Assembly: GCA_903905655.1 (NCBI GenBank)
Contig: CAIVHG010000083.1
Coordinates: 2,785 to 66,784 of the forward strand
Source of the DNA: an uncultured beta proteobacterium
Lineage (GTDB): Bacteria > Pseudomonadota > Gammaproteobacteria > Burkholderiales > SG8-41
Length of the DNA stretch: 64,000 nucleotides
Direction: 5' to 3'
Positions within the stretch are counted from its first letter, which is position 1; the number at the start of each line of letters is the position of its first letter. The notes beneath the pieces were generated by a model, which worked only from the letters and a program-made list of their open reading frames with translations, made no database searches and had not been told where the DNA came from. Both the position numbers and the translations under genes were made by a program. Below, piece by piece: positions 45,316 to 55,836 of this stretch.

Positions 45316-45932
45316 AATGCTCCAACGGCATCCTGGGCACGCGCCAAGCGCACCGTGCCGTCGTCTCTGATCTCAAGGCGATCCTCGCAGAACCAGCGCA
45401 CCGCCTGCGCGTAGATGCGGTGTTCCTCGGCGAGCACGCGCTGCGCGAGCGTATCTTCGGTGTCGTCGTGCGCCACCGGCACCGCAGCCTGCACGATGAT
45501 CGGGCCGTGATCGAGCGTGGGCGTCACGAAATGCACAGTACAGCCATGCACCCGCACGCCGGCTTCGAGCGCGCGCCGGTGCGTATGCAGGCCGGGAAAC
45601 ACCGGCAACAGCGAGGGATGGATGTTGATAAGCCGCCCCGCATAGCGGCGCACGAAACCGTCGGTCAGAATGCGCATGAAGCCGGCCAGCACCACGAGTT
45701 CTGGTTTGAACTCGTCGATCTCTGCAGCGAGCGCCGCATCGAACGCCGCGCGCTCGGCATAGGCGCGGTGATCGACGACACGCGTCGCCACCCCGGATGC
45801 GCGCGCGAATTCAAGCCCGGCCGCGCTGCTGTCATTGCTGATCACCGCGGCAACCGTCAGCGGCAGGCGCGCATCGAGGATCGCCTGCATATTGCTGCCG
45901 CGGCCCGAGATCAGGATGACGACCTTCTTCAT
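45291..45932 (-). CDS. purN: Phosphoribosylglycinamide formyltransferase
   Basis: 213 aa from [19 protein letters not shown], with INIHPSLLP. The start overlaps the purM stop. Confidence 0.95.
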   Translation of the reverse strand: MKKVVILISGRGSNMQAILDARLPLTVAAVISNDSSAAGLEFARASGVATRVVDHRAYAERAAFDAALAAEIDEFKPELVVLAGFMRILTDGFVRRYAGRLINIHPSLLPVFPGLHTHRRALEAGVRVHGCTVHFVTPTLDHGPIIVQAAVPVAHDDTEDTLAQRVLAEEHRIYAQAVRWFCEDRLEIRDDGTVRLARAQDAVGALCSPACEA

Positions 45933-46978
45933 GCGACGTAGGTGTGCGCGCCGTCTGCAGTGCGCGGCTCGATGGCGCCGATGCGATATACGGTTTCTCC
46001 GGCCGCCTGCAGCAGCTCGGTGGCAGCAGCCACGTGCTGCTCTGCCACGATCACCACCATGCCGATGCCGCAGTTGAACACGCGCAGCATTTCCGCGCGC
46101 GCAATGTTGCCCTGTTGCTGCAGCCACCCAAAAAGCGGAGTCAGCGGCCAGCTGCCTTCCACCAGGCGCGCGGCGAGGTGCGCAGGCAGGATGCGCGGGA
46201 CGTTGTCGACGATCCCGCCGCCGGTGATGTGCGCGAGCCCCTTCACCGGAAGCTTTGCCATAAGCTGCAGCACCGGCTTCACGTAGATGCGCGTGGGCGC
46301 GATGATCAGATCGGCGAGGCTCTGTCCCGCAAGCTGCGTCGAAAGATCGACCTTGTTTTGCGCGATGATGCGCCGGATCAGCGAATAGCCGTTGGAATGC
46401 GCGCCGCTCGAAGCCAGCCCCAGCACCGCGTCACCGGCGACGATGGTGCTGCCATCTATGATGGCGCTCTTCTCCACCACGCCGACTGCGAAGCCGGCCA
46501 GATCGTATTCGCCGGGCGGGTACATCCCTGGCATCTCTGCCGTCTCGCCGCCTATCAGCGCGCAGCCGGCCTGCTCGCAGCCCGTCGCGATGCCCTTCAC
46601 GACGCTGGTCGCGGTCGCGACCTCGAGCTTGCCGCAGGCAAAGTAATCGAGGAAGAACAGCGGCTCCGCGCCCTGCACGAGGATGTCGTTGACGCTCATC
46701 GCCACCAGGTCGATGCCGACGGTGTCGTGGCGGTCGAGTTCGAACGCGAGCTTGAGCTTGGTGCCCACGCCATCGGTGCCGGAAACGAGCACCGGCTCGC
46801 GGTACTTGCCGGGCACGCTGCACAGCGCGCCGAAGCCGCCGATGCCGGCCATCACTTCCGGACGCATCGTCCTCTTGGCAAAGGGCTTGATGTTTTCGAC
46901 GAGCGCATCGCCAGCGTCGATATCTACTCCGGCATCGCGATAAGTAAGGCTAGTAGGTCTATCAGATTTGGTTACCAT
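45929..46978 (-). CDS. purM: Phosphoribosylformylglycinamidine cyclo-ligase
   Basis: 349 aa. [19 protein letters not shown]...GGFGAL...DGVGTKL. Confidence 0.95.
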   Translation of the reverse strand: MVTKSDRPTSLTYRDAGVDIDAGDALVENIKPFAKRTMRPEVMAGIGGFGALCSVPGKYREPVLVSGTDGVGTKLKLAFELDRHDTVGIDLVAMSVNDILVQGAEPLFFLDYFACGKLEVATATSVVKGIATGCEQAGCALIGGETAEMPGMYPPGEYDLAGFAVGVVEKSAIIDGSTIVAGDAVLGLASSGAHSNGYSLIRRIIAQNKVDLSTQLAGQSLADLIIAPTRIYVKPVLQLMAKLPVKGLAHITGGGIVDNVPRILPAHLAARLVEGSWPLTPLFGWLQQQGNIARAEMLRVFNCGIGMVVIVAEQHVAAATELLQAAGETVYRIGAIEPRTADGAHTYVA

Positions 46979-47183
46979 GCGCTCTCGGAAGGTAGCTGGA
47001 ACAGGACAACGGCCAGCGCTGCGGGCACAACTCGGTTAAGATAAGCCTAGACTAAACGCCTCATCGAATTTGCCGAATTTGCCATTTGCCTAATTGCCGC
47101 GAGTTGCGAAGAATGCATTCAACTCACTGGCGCCAAATTTTACCCGAAATGCACCGCTACCGCTTCGCTCTCACGCCTGCCGC

Positions 47184-47873
47184 ATGAGACAGATCGCACT
47201 GGATATCGCGCCGGCGCCGGCGCCTACGCTGGCTAACTTCGTCGCCGGGCGCAACGCCGAACTGCTGGCGGCGCTGCGTGCCCTGGTGAGCGGCGCCGCC
47301 GGCGAACGCTCGTACTACCTGTGGGGCGATGCCGGCAGCGGGCGCAGCCATCTGGTGCGCGCCGTCGTCGCCGCCGCGCGCGCACACGGCAGAACTGCGC
47401 TGCTGTGCGCCGATGCAGGCATGCTGCGCGAGGCTCCCGACGATGCCTTGGTCGGGGTTGACGACGTGCACCTGCTGGCCCCTGCCGCGCAGATCGATCT
47501 ATTTGACCTCTACAACCGCCTGCGCGCGGGCGGCGGCGCGCTGGTGGCGGCCGGCAATGCCGCGCCCGCCCAGCTCGCGCTGCGTGCCGATCTTGCGACG
47601 CGCCTCGCCTCCGGCCTCACCTACCGGGTGCATGTGCTGAGCGACGAGGAAAAGAAGACCGCGCTGCTCAATCATGCCGGGGAACGTGGCCTGCCGCTGG
47701 CCCCGGCGATCGCCGATTTTCTGCTGGCCCACGCCCGCCGCGACCTGCCCTCGCTGCTGGGGCTGCTCGATGCGCTCGACCGCCACGCGCTGGAAACCCG
47801 ACGCGCCATCACCATCCCGCTGCTGCGCGAGCTGCTCGACGCGGAAGCCTCCAATCAGAACCGCCCGGAATGA
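47184..47873 (+). CDS. hda: DnaA regulatory inactivator Hda
   Basis: 229 aa from MRQIALDI. Includes FVAGRNAELLAAL and the degenerate P-loop YLWGDAGSGRSHL. The upstream extension in the ORF track is not supported. Confidence 0.8.
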   Translation: MRQIALDIAPAPAPTLANFVAGRNAELLAALRALVSGAAGERSYYLWGDAGSGRSHLVRAVVAAARAHGRTALLCADAGMLREAPDDALVGVDDVHLLAPAAQIDLFDLYNRLRAGGGALVAAGNAAPAQLALRADLATRLASGLTYRVHVLSDEEKKTALLNHAGERGLPLAPAIADFLLAHARRDLPSLLGLLDALDRHALETRRAITIPLLRELLDAEASNQNRPE

Positions 47874-47880
47874 CGCCATC

Positions 47881-48555
47881 ATGACCACTGCACCGACTTC
47901 CAATCTCGCCTTATTTGATCTCGACAACACGCTGCTCTCTGGCGATAGCGATTTCGAGTGGGCGCAGTTCCTGATCGAGCAGGGTGTGCTCGACCGCGAG
48001 CTCTACGAAGCACGCAACGCCGAATTCTACGAGCAGTACAAGGCGGGAACGCTCGACATCCACGAATTCCTCGATTTTCAGCTGCGCCCACTGGCGCGGC
48101 ATCCGCGCCGCTTGCTCGACGAGTGGCATCGACAGTTCATGCAAAGCAAGATCATTCCCCTCATCCGCCCGCGGGCGCGCGAGCTAATCGAACGCCACCG
48201 TGGCGACCTGTGCGCCATCGTCACCGCCACCAACAGCTTCGTGACGACGCCGATTGCGCGGCAATTCGGCATTCCCAACCTGATCGCAACCGAGCCCGCG
48301 CACGTGGCGGACGAATACACCGGGGAAGTCAGCGGCACGCCCTGCTTCCGCGAAGGCAAGGTGGCCCGGCTGGACGCGTGGCTGGCGGCCCGCGGACAGC
48401 CGTTGGGCAGCTTTGCGCACAGCTGGTTCTACAGCGATTCGCTGAACGACATCGCGCTGCTCTCGCACGTCACGGATCCGGTTGCCGTAGATCCCGACCC
48501 GACGCTGCGTGCGCATGCCGAGCGTCTGGGCTGGCCGATCATCAGCCTGATCTAA
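47881..48555 (+). CDS. HAD-IB family hydrolase
   Basis: 224 aa. Motif I LALFDLDNTLL and motif IV YSDSLNDIALL. Confidence 0.8.
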   Translation: MTTAPTSNLALFDLDNTLLSGDSDFEWAQFLIEQGVLDRELYEARNAEFYEQYKAGTLDIHEFLDFQLRPLARHPRRLLDEWHRQFMQSKIIPLIRPRARELIERHRGDLCAIVTATNSFVTTPIARQFGIPNLIATEPAHVADEYTGEVSGTPCFREGKVARLDAWLAARGQPLGSFAHSWFYSDSLNDIALLSHVTDPVAVDPDPTLRAHAERLGWPIISLI

Positions 48556-48711
48556 CATCAGACCAGATTTAAGAGCTGAGCTTTGCGGGATCTGAAACTC
48601 CAGTTGCGAAACCCGAATATAATAGCCGGCGTTCGCCATCTCATAACTATACTGAAACTGTGAAGCATACTATCCAGGGTGCCATCGCCGTGACCGCAGG
48701 CCATTGACCCG

Positions 48712-50073
48712 ATGCTGCGTCGCATACTCGGCAAAGTATTCTCAGGGAAATCGCTGTTCAAGGCAGCCCATCCGCGCGTCATTGCACGCAAAGTCCACGG
48801 CATCGAGCGCGACCACATCAGCCGCGGCGCAACCCAGACCTGCGAGACGCTGCAGAAGAGCGGCCACGCGGCCTATGTAGTGGGCGGCGCGGTGCGCGAT
48901 CTCATGCTCGGGCGCGCTCCCAAGGATTACGACGTCGCGACCAGCGCCAGCCCCGAACAGGTGCGCGCGCTGTTCCGGCGCTCGCGCATTATCGGGCGCC
49001 GCTTCCGCCTGGTGCACGTGATGTTCGGAGCTGAGACCATAGAAGTCTCCACCTTTCGCGGCAGCGTCGAAGCCGGCGCCGTGGACAGCAGGCAGGCGAC
49101 CGATGAACACGGGCGCATCCTGCGCGACAACGTGTTCGGCAGCCTGGAAGACGACGCACGGCGGCGCGATTTCACCGTCAACGCGCTATTCTATGACCCG
49201 GTGCGCGAGGAAGTGCTCGATTTTCACAACGGCGCCGCCGACCTCAAGGCAAAGAAGCTGCGCATGATCGGAGAGCCGACCCTGCGCTATCGCGAAGATC
49301 CGGTGCGCATGCTGCGCGCGGTGCGGCTGGCGGCAGGACTCGGCCTGGAAATCGAGCACGGCACGCGCAAGCCGATCCGCGCCCTCGCCGAACTGCTGCA
49401 AAACGTGCCGCAGGCGCGGGTGTTCGACGAGATGATGAAGCTCCTGCTGTCGGGGCACGCAGCCGAAGCTGTGCGGCGCCTGCGCAAGGAAGGGCTTCAT
49501 CACGGCCTGATGCCGGTGCTCGACGCGATACTCGAGCAGCCGCTGGGCGAACGTTTCGTCATGAGCGCGCTCGAAAACACCGACCGCCGCGTCAACGCCG
49601 ACAAACCGGTGTCGCCGGGATTCCTGTTCGCAGCGCTGTTGTGGCACCAGGTGCTGGAAGCATGGAAGAAGGCCACCGCGCGCGGCGTGAAGACCATGCC
49701 CGCCCTGTTCGAGGCCATGGATCAGGTGAGCCAGGAGCAGGCCGAGAAGCTCGCCATCCCGCGTCGCTATAGCGCGGACATGAAGGAAATCTGGGCGCTG
49801 CAACCGCGCTTCGAAAACCGCTCCGGCCGCCGGCCCTTTACATTGCTCGAACATCCGCGCTTTCGCGCTGCGTTCGATTTTCTGCTGCTGCGCTGCGCGA
49901 GCGCGGAGCTCGATCCTGCGCTCGGCAAGTGGTGGCAGAGCTTTCAGGATGCCGATCCGGAGGCCCGCACCGAGATGCTGGTCGCGCCTACGCCCGGGGA
50001 CGCCAAAAAGCGCCGGCGGCCGCGGCGCAAGAAACGCGTGGCTCCTGCTGCGGACGCAGCACCGACCGGATGA
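48712..50073 (+). CDS. pcnB: Poly(A) polymerase I
   Basis: 453 aa. AYVVGGAVRDLMLGRAPKDYDVAT, RDFTVNALFYD and a basic C-terminal tail. Confidence 0.9.
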   Translation: MLRRILGKVFSGKSLFKAAHPRVIARKVHGIERDHISRGATQTCETLQKSGHAAYVVGGAVRDLMLGRAPKDYDVATSASPEQVRALFRRSRIIGRRFRLVHVMFGAETIEVSTFRGSVEAGAVDSRQATDEHGRILRDNVFGSLEDDARRRDFTVNALFYDPVREEVLDFHNGAADLKAKKLRMIGEPTLRYREDPVRMLRAVRLAAGLGLEIEHGTRKPIRALAELLQNVPQARVFDEMMKLLLSGHAAEAVRRLRKEGLHHGLMPVLDAILEQPLGERFVMSALENTDRRVNADKPVSPGFLFAALLWHQVLEAWKKATARGVKTMPALFEAMDQVSQEQAEKLAIPRRYSADMKEIWALQPRFENRSGRRPFTLLEHPRFRAAFDFLLLRCASAELDPALGKWWQSFQDADPEARTEMLVAPTPGDAKKRRRPRRKKRVAPAADAAPTG

Positions 50074-50103
50074 ACCGGAGGACGCTGCTTCCAGGCATCC
50101 ATC

Positions 50104-50601
50104 ATGAGCGATCCGCATTCCGTCGCCGCGTTCATCGCGCTGGGCAGCAATCTCGGGGATGCGGCGGCGCACGTGCGCTCCGGGTTTGCTGCGCTTGCTG
50201 CCCTGCCGCGGACGGCCGTCAGCGCGCGCTCCTCTCTGTATCTCAGCGCGCCGGTGGGCTATGCCGATCAGAATGACTTCGTCAATGCGGTGGCCGCGAT
50301 TGCAACCACGCTCACCCCGCGCGCGCTGCTCGAGGCATTGCTCATGAGCGAGAACCAACACGGCCGCGTGCGCGAATTCCTAAACGCGCCGCGTACGCTC
50401 GATCTCGATCTGCTCGTATACGGCGATCTGCAGTTGCACGAACCCGGCCTCACGATCCCGCACCCGCGCATGCACCAGCGCGCGTTCGTGCTGGTGCCGC
50501 TGGCTGAAATCGCGCCTGATTGCGTGGTGCCTGGTCGCGGCGCACTGCGCGAACTATTACGCGCGGTCGACCCCGGCACCGTGCGGCGCATCGGACGCTA
50601 A
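50104..50601 (+). CDS. folK: 2-amino-4-hydroxy-6-hydroxymethyldihydropteridine diphosphokinase
   Basis: 165 aa. AFIALGSNLGD...PRTLDLDLLVYGD...LTIPHPRMHQRAFVLVPL. Confidence 0.9.
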   Translation: MSDPHSVAAFIALGSNLGDAAAHVRSGFAALAALPRTAVSARSSLYLSAPVGYADQNDFVNAVAAIATTLTPRALLEALLMSENQHGRVREFLNAPRTLDLDLLVYGDLQLHEPGLTIPHPRMHQRAFVLVPLAEIAPDCVVPGRGALRELLRAVDPGTVRRIGR

Positions 50602-50618
50602 CGCAAAATCCAATACAC

Positions 50619-51266
50619 TTGACCACGCTCCCCGACAAATACCGCTACATTGCCGTCGAAGGGCCGATCGGCGCCGGCAAGACCACGCTCGCGCGCGCGC
50701 TCGCCGAGCGCAGCGGCAGTTCGATACTGCTCGAAGCCCCCGAGGCCAACCCCTTTCTGCCGCGCTTCTATCAGGACCGCGCGCGCTATGCGCTGCCGGT
50801 GCAGATGTTCTTTCTGTTCCAGCGGCTGCAGCAGGTGCGCGATCTCGCCCAGACCGATATGTTCAAGCGCGCGACAATTGCGGATTTCATGCTCGACAAG
50901 GACCCGCTGTTCGCGCGGCTCACGCTCAACGATGATGAGCTGCGGCTCTATCAGCAGCTCTATGACAGCCTCAAGCCGCCGTCCGCCGTTCCCGACCTCG
51001 TCATCTACCTGCAGGCGCCGGCCGAGACCCTGATCGAGCGCGTGCGGCGGCGCGGCCTGGATTACGAGCGCGCCCTCTCGGAGGAGTACCTGGTGCTGCT
51101 CGCGGAAAGCTATGCGCGCTTCTTCTATCATTACGAGGCGGCGCCGGTGCTGATCGTGAACTGCGAAAATCTCAATTTTGTTGATTCGACCGACGATTTT
51201 GATTTATTGTTGCAACGCATAAATATGATGCGCGGAACGCGCGAATTTTTCAGCCGCGCCGAGTGA
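50619..51266 (+). CDS. Deoxynucleoside kinase family protein
   Basis: P-loop [16 protein letters not shown] and later ERS/DRY-like motifs. The TTG at 50619 is the proposed start. There is no ATG upstream of the P-loop after the folK stop. Confidence 0.75.
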   Translation: MTTLPDKYRYIAVEGPIGAGKTTLARALAERSGSSILLEAPEANPFLPRFYQDRARYALPVQMFFLFQRLQQVRDLAQTDMFKRATIADFMLDKDPLFARLTLNDDELRLYQQLYDSLKPPSAVPDLVIYLQAPAETLIERVRRRGLDYERALSEEYLVLLAESYARFFYHYEAAPVLIVNCENLNFVDSTDDFDLLLQRINMMRGTREFFSRAE

Positions 51267-51336
51267 TGCGCGGCTGGTAGCCGCATACTCGGGCAAGGCG
51301 CGCGCTGGCACGCGTCCGCCGCCTAAAGGAGAGGTC

Positions 51337-52128
51337 ATGAGGATCACGCTGGCCGCACTGAACAAGATGAAGCAGGAAGGTGAAAAGATCACCATGCTCA
51401 CCTGCTACGACGCGAGCTTCGCTTCCGTACTCGACGCTGCCGGCGTCGACACGCTGCTGGTCGGCGATTCCCTCGGCAACGTGGTGCAGGGACATGACTC
51501 GACATTGCCGGTGACGATGCGCGACATCGCGTATCACACGGCATGCGTGGCGCGCGGCTCGAAGCGTGCGCTCATCATCGCGGACATGCCGTGGGGCAGC
51601 TACCAGGAGAGCCCGGCGCAGGCCTACCAAAACGCAGCGCTGCTGCTCGCGGGCGGCGCGCAGATGGTGAAGCTCGAAGGCGGAGCGACGATGGCGGAGA
51701 CGATTTCCTTTCTGACCGCGCGCGGCGTGCCGGTGTGCGGGCACCTGGGACTGACGCCACAGTCGGTCCATCAACTGGGCGGCTACCGCGTGCAGGGCAA
51801 GACCGAATCGCAGGCGCAGCGCCTGCTGGCCGATGCCAAAATGCTCGAGGATGCCGGCGCCACCATGCTAGTGCTGGAGATGATCCCGGCGCCGCTTGCG
51901 CGCGAGGTGACCGTGCAGCTGACAATGCCGACGATCGGCATTGGCGCAGGCGTGGACTGCTCGGGCCAGGTGCTGGTGATCTACGACATGCTCGATATCT
52001 ATCAGGGCAAGAAGGCGCGCTTCGTCAAGAATTTCATGCACGGCGCGGCGAGCATCCAGGCCGCGGTCGAGACCTATGTGAAGCAGGTGAAGGCCCAGAC
52101 CTACCCCGGTCCCGAGCATTCGTTTTAG
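51337..52128 (+). CDS. panB: 3-methyl-2-oxobutanoate hydroxymethyltransferase
   Basis: 263 aa. [12 protein letters not shown]...[14 protein letters not shown]...VKLEGG. Confidence 0.95.
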   Translation: MRITLAALNKMKQEGEKITMLTCYDASFASVLDAAGVDTLLVGDSLGNVVQGHDSTLPVTMRDIAYHTACVARGSKRALIIADMPWGSYQESPAQAYQNAALLLAGGAQMVKLEGGATMAETISFLTARGVPVCGHLGLTPQSVHQLGGYRVQGKTESQAQRLLADAKMLEDAGATMLVLEMIPAPLAREVTVQLTMPTIGIGAGVDCSGQVLVIYDMLDIYQGKKARFVKNFMHGAASIQAAVETYVKQVKAQTYPGPEHSF

Positions 52129-52233
52129 CGCAGCGTCGCTTCAGCATTTGCGCATCCACACGGCGCGCCGCTTGCGCTTGTGGTATAAAAAAGCCAGCCC
52201 TTCGAACAAGATCAAAGGCATCTCCCCCCCCAC

Positions 52234-53058
52234 ATGGACGTCATCCATTCAGTCGCAGCGTTGCGCGAACGCCTGAAGCGCGAACCCAACAACGTCTTCG
52301 TCCCCACGATGGGCAATCTGCACGACGGCCACATCGAGCTCATCAACATCGCCAAGCCGCGTGCCGCTTGCACCGTAGTGAGCATCTTCGTGAACCGGCT
52401 GCAGTTCGGTCCGCGCGAAGACTACGACCGCTACCCGCGCACGCTCGAAGCCGACTGCGCCAAGCTCCTGAATGCCGGAGTCGACGTCGCGTTTGTCCCG
52501 GACGAACGCGAGATCTACCCCGAGCCGCAGAACTACCTGGTAGACCCCTCCGACCTGCAGGACATCCTGGACGGCGCAGTGCGGCCGGGCCATTTCCGCG
52601 GCGTGGCGACGGTGGTGCTCAAGCTCTTCAACATGGTAGCTCCGCGTGCTGCGATCTTCGGCAAGAAGGACTATCAGCAGTGCCTGATGCTCGCCAACAT
52701 GGTGCGCCAGCTCGCGCTACCGATCGATCTCATCCTGGCGGAAACGGTGCGCGCTCCGGACGGCCTCGCCTTGTCCTCGCGCAACGCCTACCTCACGCCC
52801 GAGGAGCGCAGCGAGGCGCCGCGGCTCTACCAACTGCTAAAGAAAGCGCGCACCGATATCCTGGGCGGCGCACTCGATTATCAACGCATCGAGCTCGATG
52901 CGATGGCAACGCTGGCGCGCCAGGGCTGGAAACCCGATTACGTCGCGGTGCGGCGCGCCAACGACCTGCAGGCGCCCGAGCCCGGCGCACCGCGCCTGGT
53001 GGTGCTGGCGGCAGCCCGCCTCGGCAAGGCGCGGCTGATCGATAACATCGAGGTGTGA
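52234..53058 (+). CDS. panC: Pantoate-beta-alanine ligase
   Basis: 274 aa. VPTMGNLHDGHIELI...VVSIFVNRLQF...GKKDYQQ. Confidence 0.95.
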   Translation: MDVIHSVAALRERLKREPNNVFVPTMGNLHDGHIELINIAKPRAACTVVSIFVNRLQFGPREDYDRYPRTLEADCAKLLNAGVDVAFVPDEREIYPEPQNYLVDPSDLQDILDGAVRPGHFRGVATVVLKLFNMVAPRAAIFGKKDYQQCLMLANMVRQLALPIDLILAETVRAPDGLALSSRNAYLTPEERSEAPRLYQLLKKARTDILGGALDYQRIELDAMATLARQGWKPDYVAVRRANDLQAPEPGAPRLVVLAAARLGKARLIDNIEV

Positions 53059-53699
53059 GCGGCAAGACGCATGACAGCGACGGCGGCCCTGAGATCTCGG
53101 CCGCCACCCTCGCCTACTATGAAGAGCGCGCCGAGCGCTCCTGGGAGGGCACGCGCAATCACGACGTACGCCAGAACATCTCGACCCTGCTAGCGCACAT
53201 CGAGGGTGAACCGCCGTATGAGATTTTGGATTTCGGCTGCGGACCTGGGCGCGACCTGAACACCTTCTCCGAGCTGGGTCACCATGCCATCGGACTGGAG
53301 GGCACGCAGCGCATGGCGCAGATGGCGCGCGAGTACAGCGGTTGCACGGTGTGGCAGCAGGACTTCCTGCGGCTGACACTTCCCGAGCAGCACTTCGACG
53401 GCGTTTATGCGAATGCCGCCCTGTTTCACTTACCGAGCGCGGAACTGCCGCGCGTGCTGAAAGAACTCTGGCAGGCGCTCAAGCCGGGCGGCGTGCTGTT
53501 CAGCTCCAACCCGCGCGGTAACAATGAAGAAGGCTGGAACGACGGCCGCTACGGCGTGTATCACGACCTTGAATCATGGCGCCGCTACCTGAGCACCGCG
53601 GGTTTCGTAGAGCTCACCCACTACTACCGGCCGGCGGGACTACCGTGCGCGCAACAGCCGTGGCTCGCCAGCGCATGGCGCAAGCCGCGCTGCCCGTAA
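53055..53699 (+). CDS. Class I SAM-dependent methyltransferase
   Basis: 214 aa. Motif I ILDFGCGPGRD. The GTG start overlaps the panC stop. Confidence 0.7.
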   Translation: MSGKTHDSDGGPEISAATLAYYEERAERSWEGTRNHDVRQNISTLLAHIEGEPPYEILDFGCGPGRDLNTFSELGHHAIGLEGTQRMAQMAREYSGCTVWQQDFLRLTLPEQHFDGVYANAALFHLPSAELPRVLKELWQALKPGGVLFSSNPRGNNEEGWNDGRYGVYHDLESWRRYLSTAGFVELTHYYRPAGLPCAQQPWLASAWRKPRCP

Positions 53700-53712
53700 A
53701 TCACATCGCATC

Positions 53713-54669
53713 TCAGCGATCGGACGCGCTGATGAATTCGCCGAGCACCGCGTTCCACGCTCGCGCGAGGTTGCCGCGATCGTAACCGCCGCCGCCGAAT
53801 CCCATGATGCGCCCGTGGCCCAACTCATTCGCAAGACGGCACAGGCTGCGCGCCGCATGTGCGTGCGCAGCCGTCGTATAGCTCAAGTGCGCCAGCGGGT
53901 CTCCGGCAATGCTGTCGGCGCCGCACTGGAACAGGATGAACTCGGGCTTGTGCCGCGTGAGGTGCTCAAGCGCACGCTCCCACTGCTCGTAGAACTCGCG
54001 GTCCCCAGCGCCGGGCGCCATCGGTATGTTGAGCTTCGTCCCCTTGGCCGCGCCGCTGCCGCACTCCTCAGCGCCGCCGGTTCCAGGATAAAGGAACGCG
54101 CCGTCTTCGTGCAGATCGACGATCGCGAGATCGGGATCGGCTTCGAACGGGTAATACAGTCCGTCGCCGTGATGCACGTCGATGTCGACGTAGGCAACGC
54201 GCTTTACACCGTAGAGCGCGCGCAGCGTTTCGATGACGACGGCGCAATCGTTGAACACGCAGAAACCTGCGCCGCGCTCGCGCCGCGCGTGGTGCAGGCC
54301 GCCGATCGCCTGAAAGGTGCGGTGGCACTCCCCGCTCATCACCTGCGCGAGGCCAGCCAGCGCCGCCCCCACCACCGATGAGGCGGCTTCAAAGACGCCA
54401 AAATAGGCAGGCGTGTCGCCTTGATCGATGCTGCCGTAGCCCTGGAACGAGAGCGCATGGACGCGCTCCACATAATCGCTGGTATGGAAGCGCTCCATCT
54501 CGGCGCGCGCTGCCGGCCTTGAAGCGGCGAGCCGCACGCTGCGGTCCAGCTTCAGCCTGACGGTTTCCTTCCAGAATGCATCCTGGCGGTCGGGCCCCCA
54601 GGGATGGCCGTCCGGAAAGCCATAGCGGCCCAGGGCCTCGTCGACGTAAAGCACAACTTCGCTCGTCAT
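53713..54669 (-). CDS. Histone deacetylase-family (AcuC/AphA-like) deacetylase
   Basis: 318 aa. GGLHHARRERGAGFCVFND...DIDVHHGDG...GGGGY. Confidence 0.85.
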   Translation of the reverse strand: MTSEVVLYVDEALGRYGFPDGHPWGPDRQDAFWKETVRLKLDRSVRLAASRPAARAEMERFHTSDYVERVHALSFQGYGSIDQGDTPAYFGVFEAASSVVGAALAGLAQVMSGECHRTFQAIGGLHHARRERGAGFCVFNDCAVVIETLRALYGVKRVAYVDIDVHHGDGLYYPFEADPDLAIVDLHEDGAFLYPGTGGAEECGSGAAKGTKLNIPMAPGAGDREFYEQWERALEHLTRHKPEFILFQCGADSIAGDPLAHLSYTTAAHAHAARSLCRLANELGHGRIMGFGGGGYDRGNLARAWNAVLGEFISASDR

Positions 54670-54689
54670 GTCTGCCTCTATGAGAATTT

Positions 54690-55787
54690 CTAGAACAGCG
54701 CGACCTGGCCGCCGCGCAGCGGCGCGCGGAAGCGGCTCGTATCGAGCGCCGACTCACGGCCGGCCGCATAACCGAGCCGTTTGCACGCGATGTCGAAGCG
54801 TTTGCGCAGCAGCTCGGCGAACTCGCCGCTGCCGCGCATGCGGCTGCCGAAATTCGGATCGTTGTCACGGCCCGCGCGCATCGCCTGCACGCGGCTCATG
54901 ACGTGCTGCGCCTTGAGCGGATAGTGAGTTTCCAGCCAGTTCCTGAAAAGATCCTTCACCTCATAGGGCAAACGCATCAGCACATAGCCGCTGGCGCGGG
55001 CGTCCGCCGCATAGGCCGCTTCGAGCACCGCTTCGATCTGATCATCGGTGAGAAACGGGATCACCGGCGCGACGATGACGCCGGCCGGTATGCCCGCTGC
55101 ATTGAGCCGCCTGATCGTCTCCAGCCGCCGCGCCGGCGCCGAGCAGCGCGGCTCCAGCCGCCGTGCCAGCTCGTGATCGAGATTATTGAGCGATATGAAG
55201 ACCCGCACGAGCTTCTTTGCCGCCATCGGGGCCAACAAATCTATATCGCGCTCGACCAGCGCATTCTTGGTCACGATGGTCAGCGGATGCTCGCACTCGG
55301 CCAGCACCTCGATGAGGCTGCGCGTGATCTTCCAGTCGCGCTCGATCGGCTGATAGGGATCGGTGTTGGAGCCGAGCGCGATCGCCTCGCATGCATAGCC
55401 GGGACGCGCCAGCTCATTGCGCAGCAGTTCCGCTGCGTTCACCTTGGCGTAGAGCCGCGTCTCAAAGTCCACGCCCGGCGAAAGGTTGAGATAGGCGTGG
55501 CTGGGGCGCGCGTAGCAGTAAATGCAGCCATGCTCGCAGCCGCGGTACGGATTGATCGACTGGGTAAACGGCACGTCGGGCGAATCGTTGCGCGTGATGA
55601 TGCTCTTCGCGTATTCCTCGGTGACGTAAGTCTTGAGCGGCGGCAGCTCCGCGCCATCTAGTGGATCACCCCATCCGTCGTCAACCGCCTCGCGCAAGAC
55701 GTGCTCGAAGCGGCCCTCGGGATTGATGCCCGCGCCACGGCCTTTGCGCGGCGCGGCGTATTCGTGATTGACGGTCTTGAGGGACAT
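54690..55787 (-). CDS. Radical SAM protein (PA0069-like family)
   Basis: 365 aa. The cluster motif CEHGCIYC follows INPYRGC. Confidence 0.8.
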   Translation of the reverse strand: MSLKTVNHEYAAPRKGRGAGINPEGRFEHVLREAVDDGWGDPLDGAELPPLKTYVTEEYAKSIITRNDSPDVPFTQSINPYRGCEHGCIYCYARPSHAYLNLSPGVDFETRLYAKVNAAELLRNELARPGYACEAIALGSNTDPYQPIERDWKITRSLIEVLAECEHPLTIVTKNALVERDIDLLAPMAAKKLVRVFISLNNLDHELARRLEPRCSAPARRLETIRRLNAAGIPAGVIVAPVIPFLTDDQIEAVLEAAYAADARASGYVLMRLPYEVKDLFRNWLETHYPLKAQHVMSRVQAMRAGRDNDPNFGSRMRGSGEFAELLRKRFDIACKRLGYAAGRESALDTSRFRAPLRGGQVALF

Positions 55788-55836
55788 GCTGATCGATTAT
55801 ACAAGTAGCCATGCCACGCACTGCTGCGCACGAGCG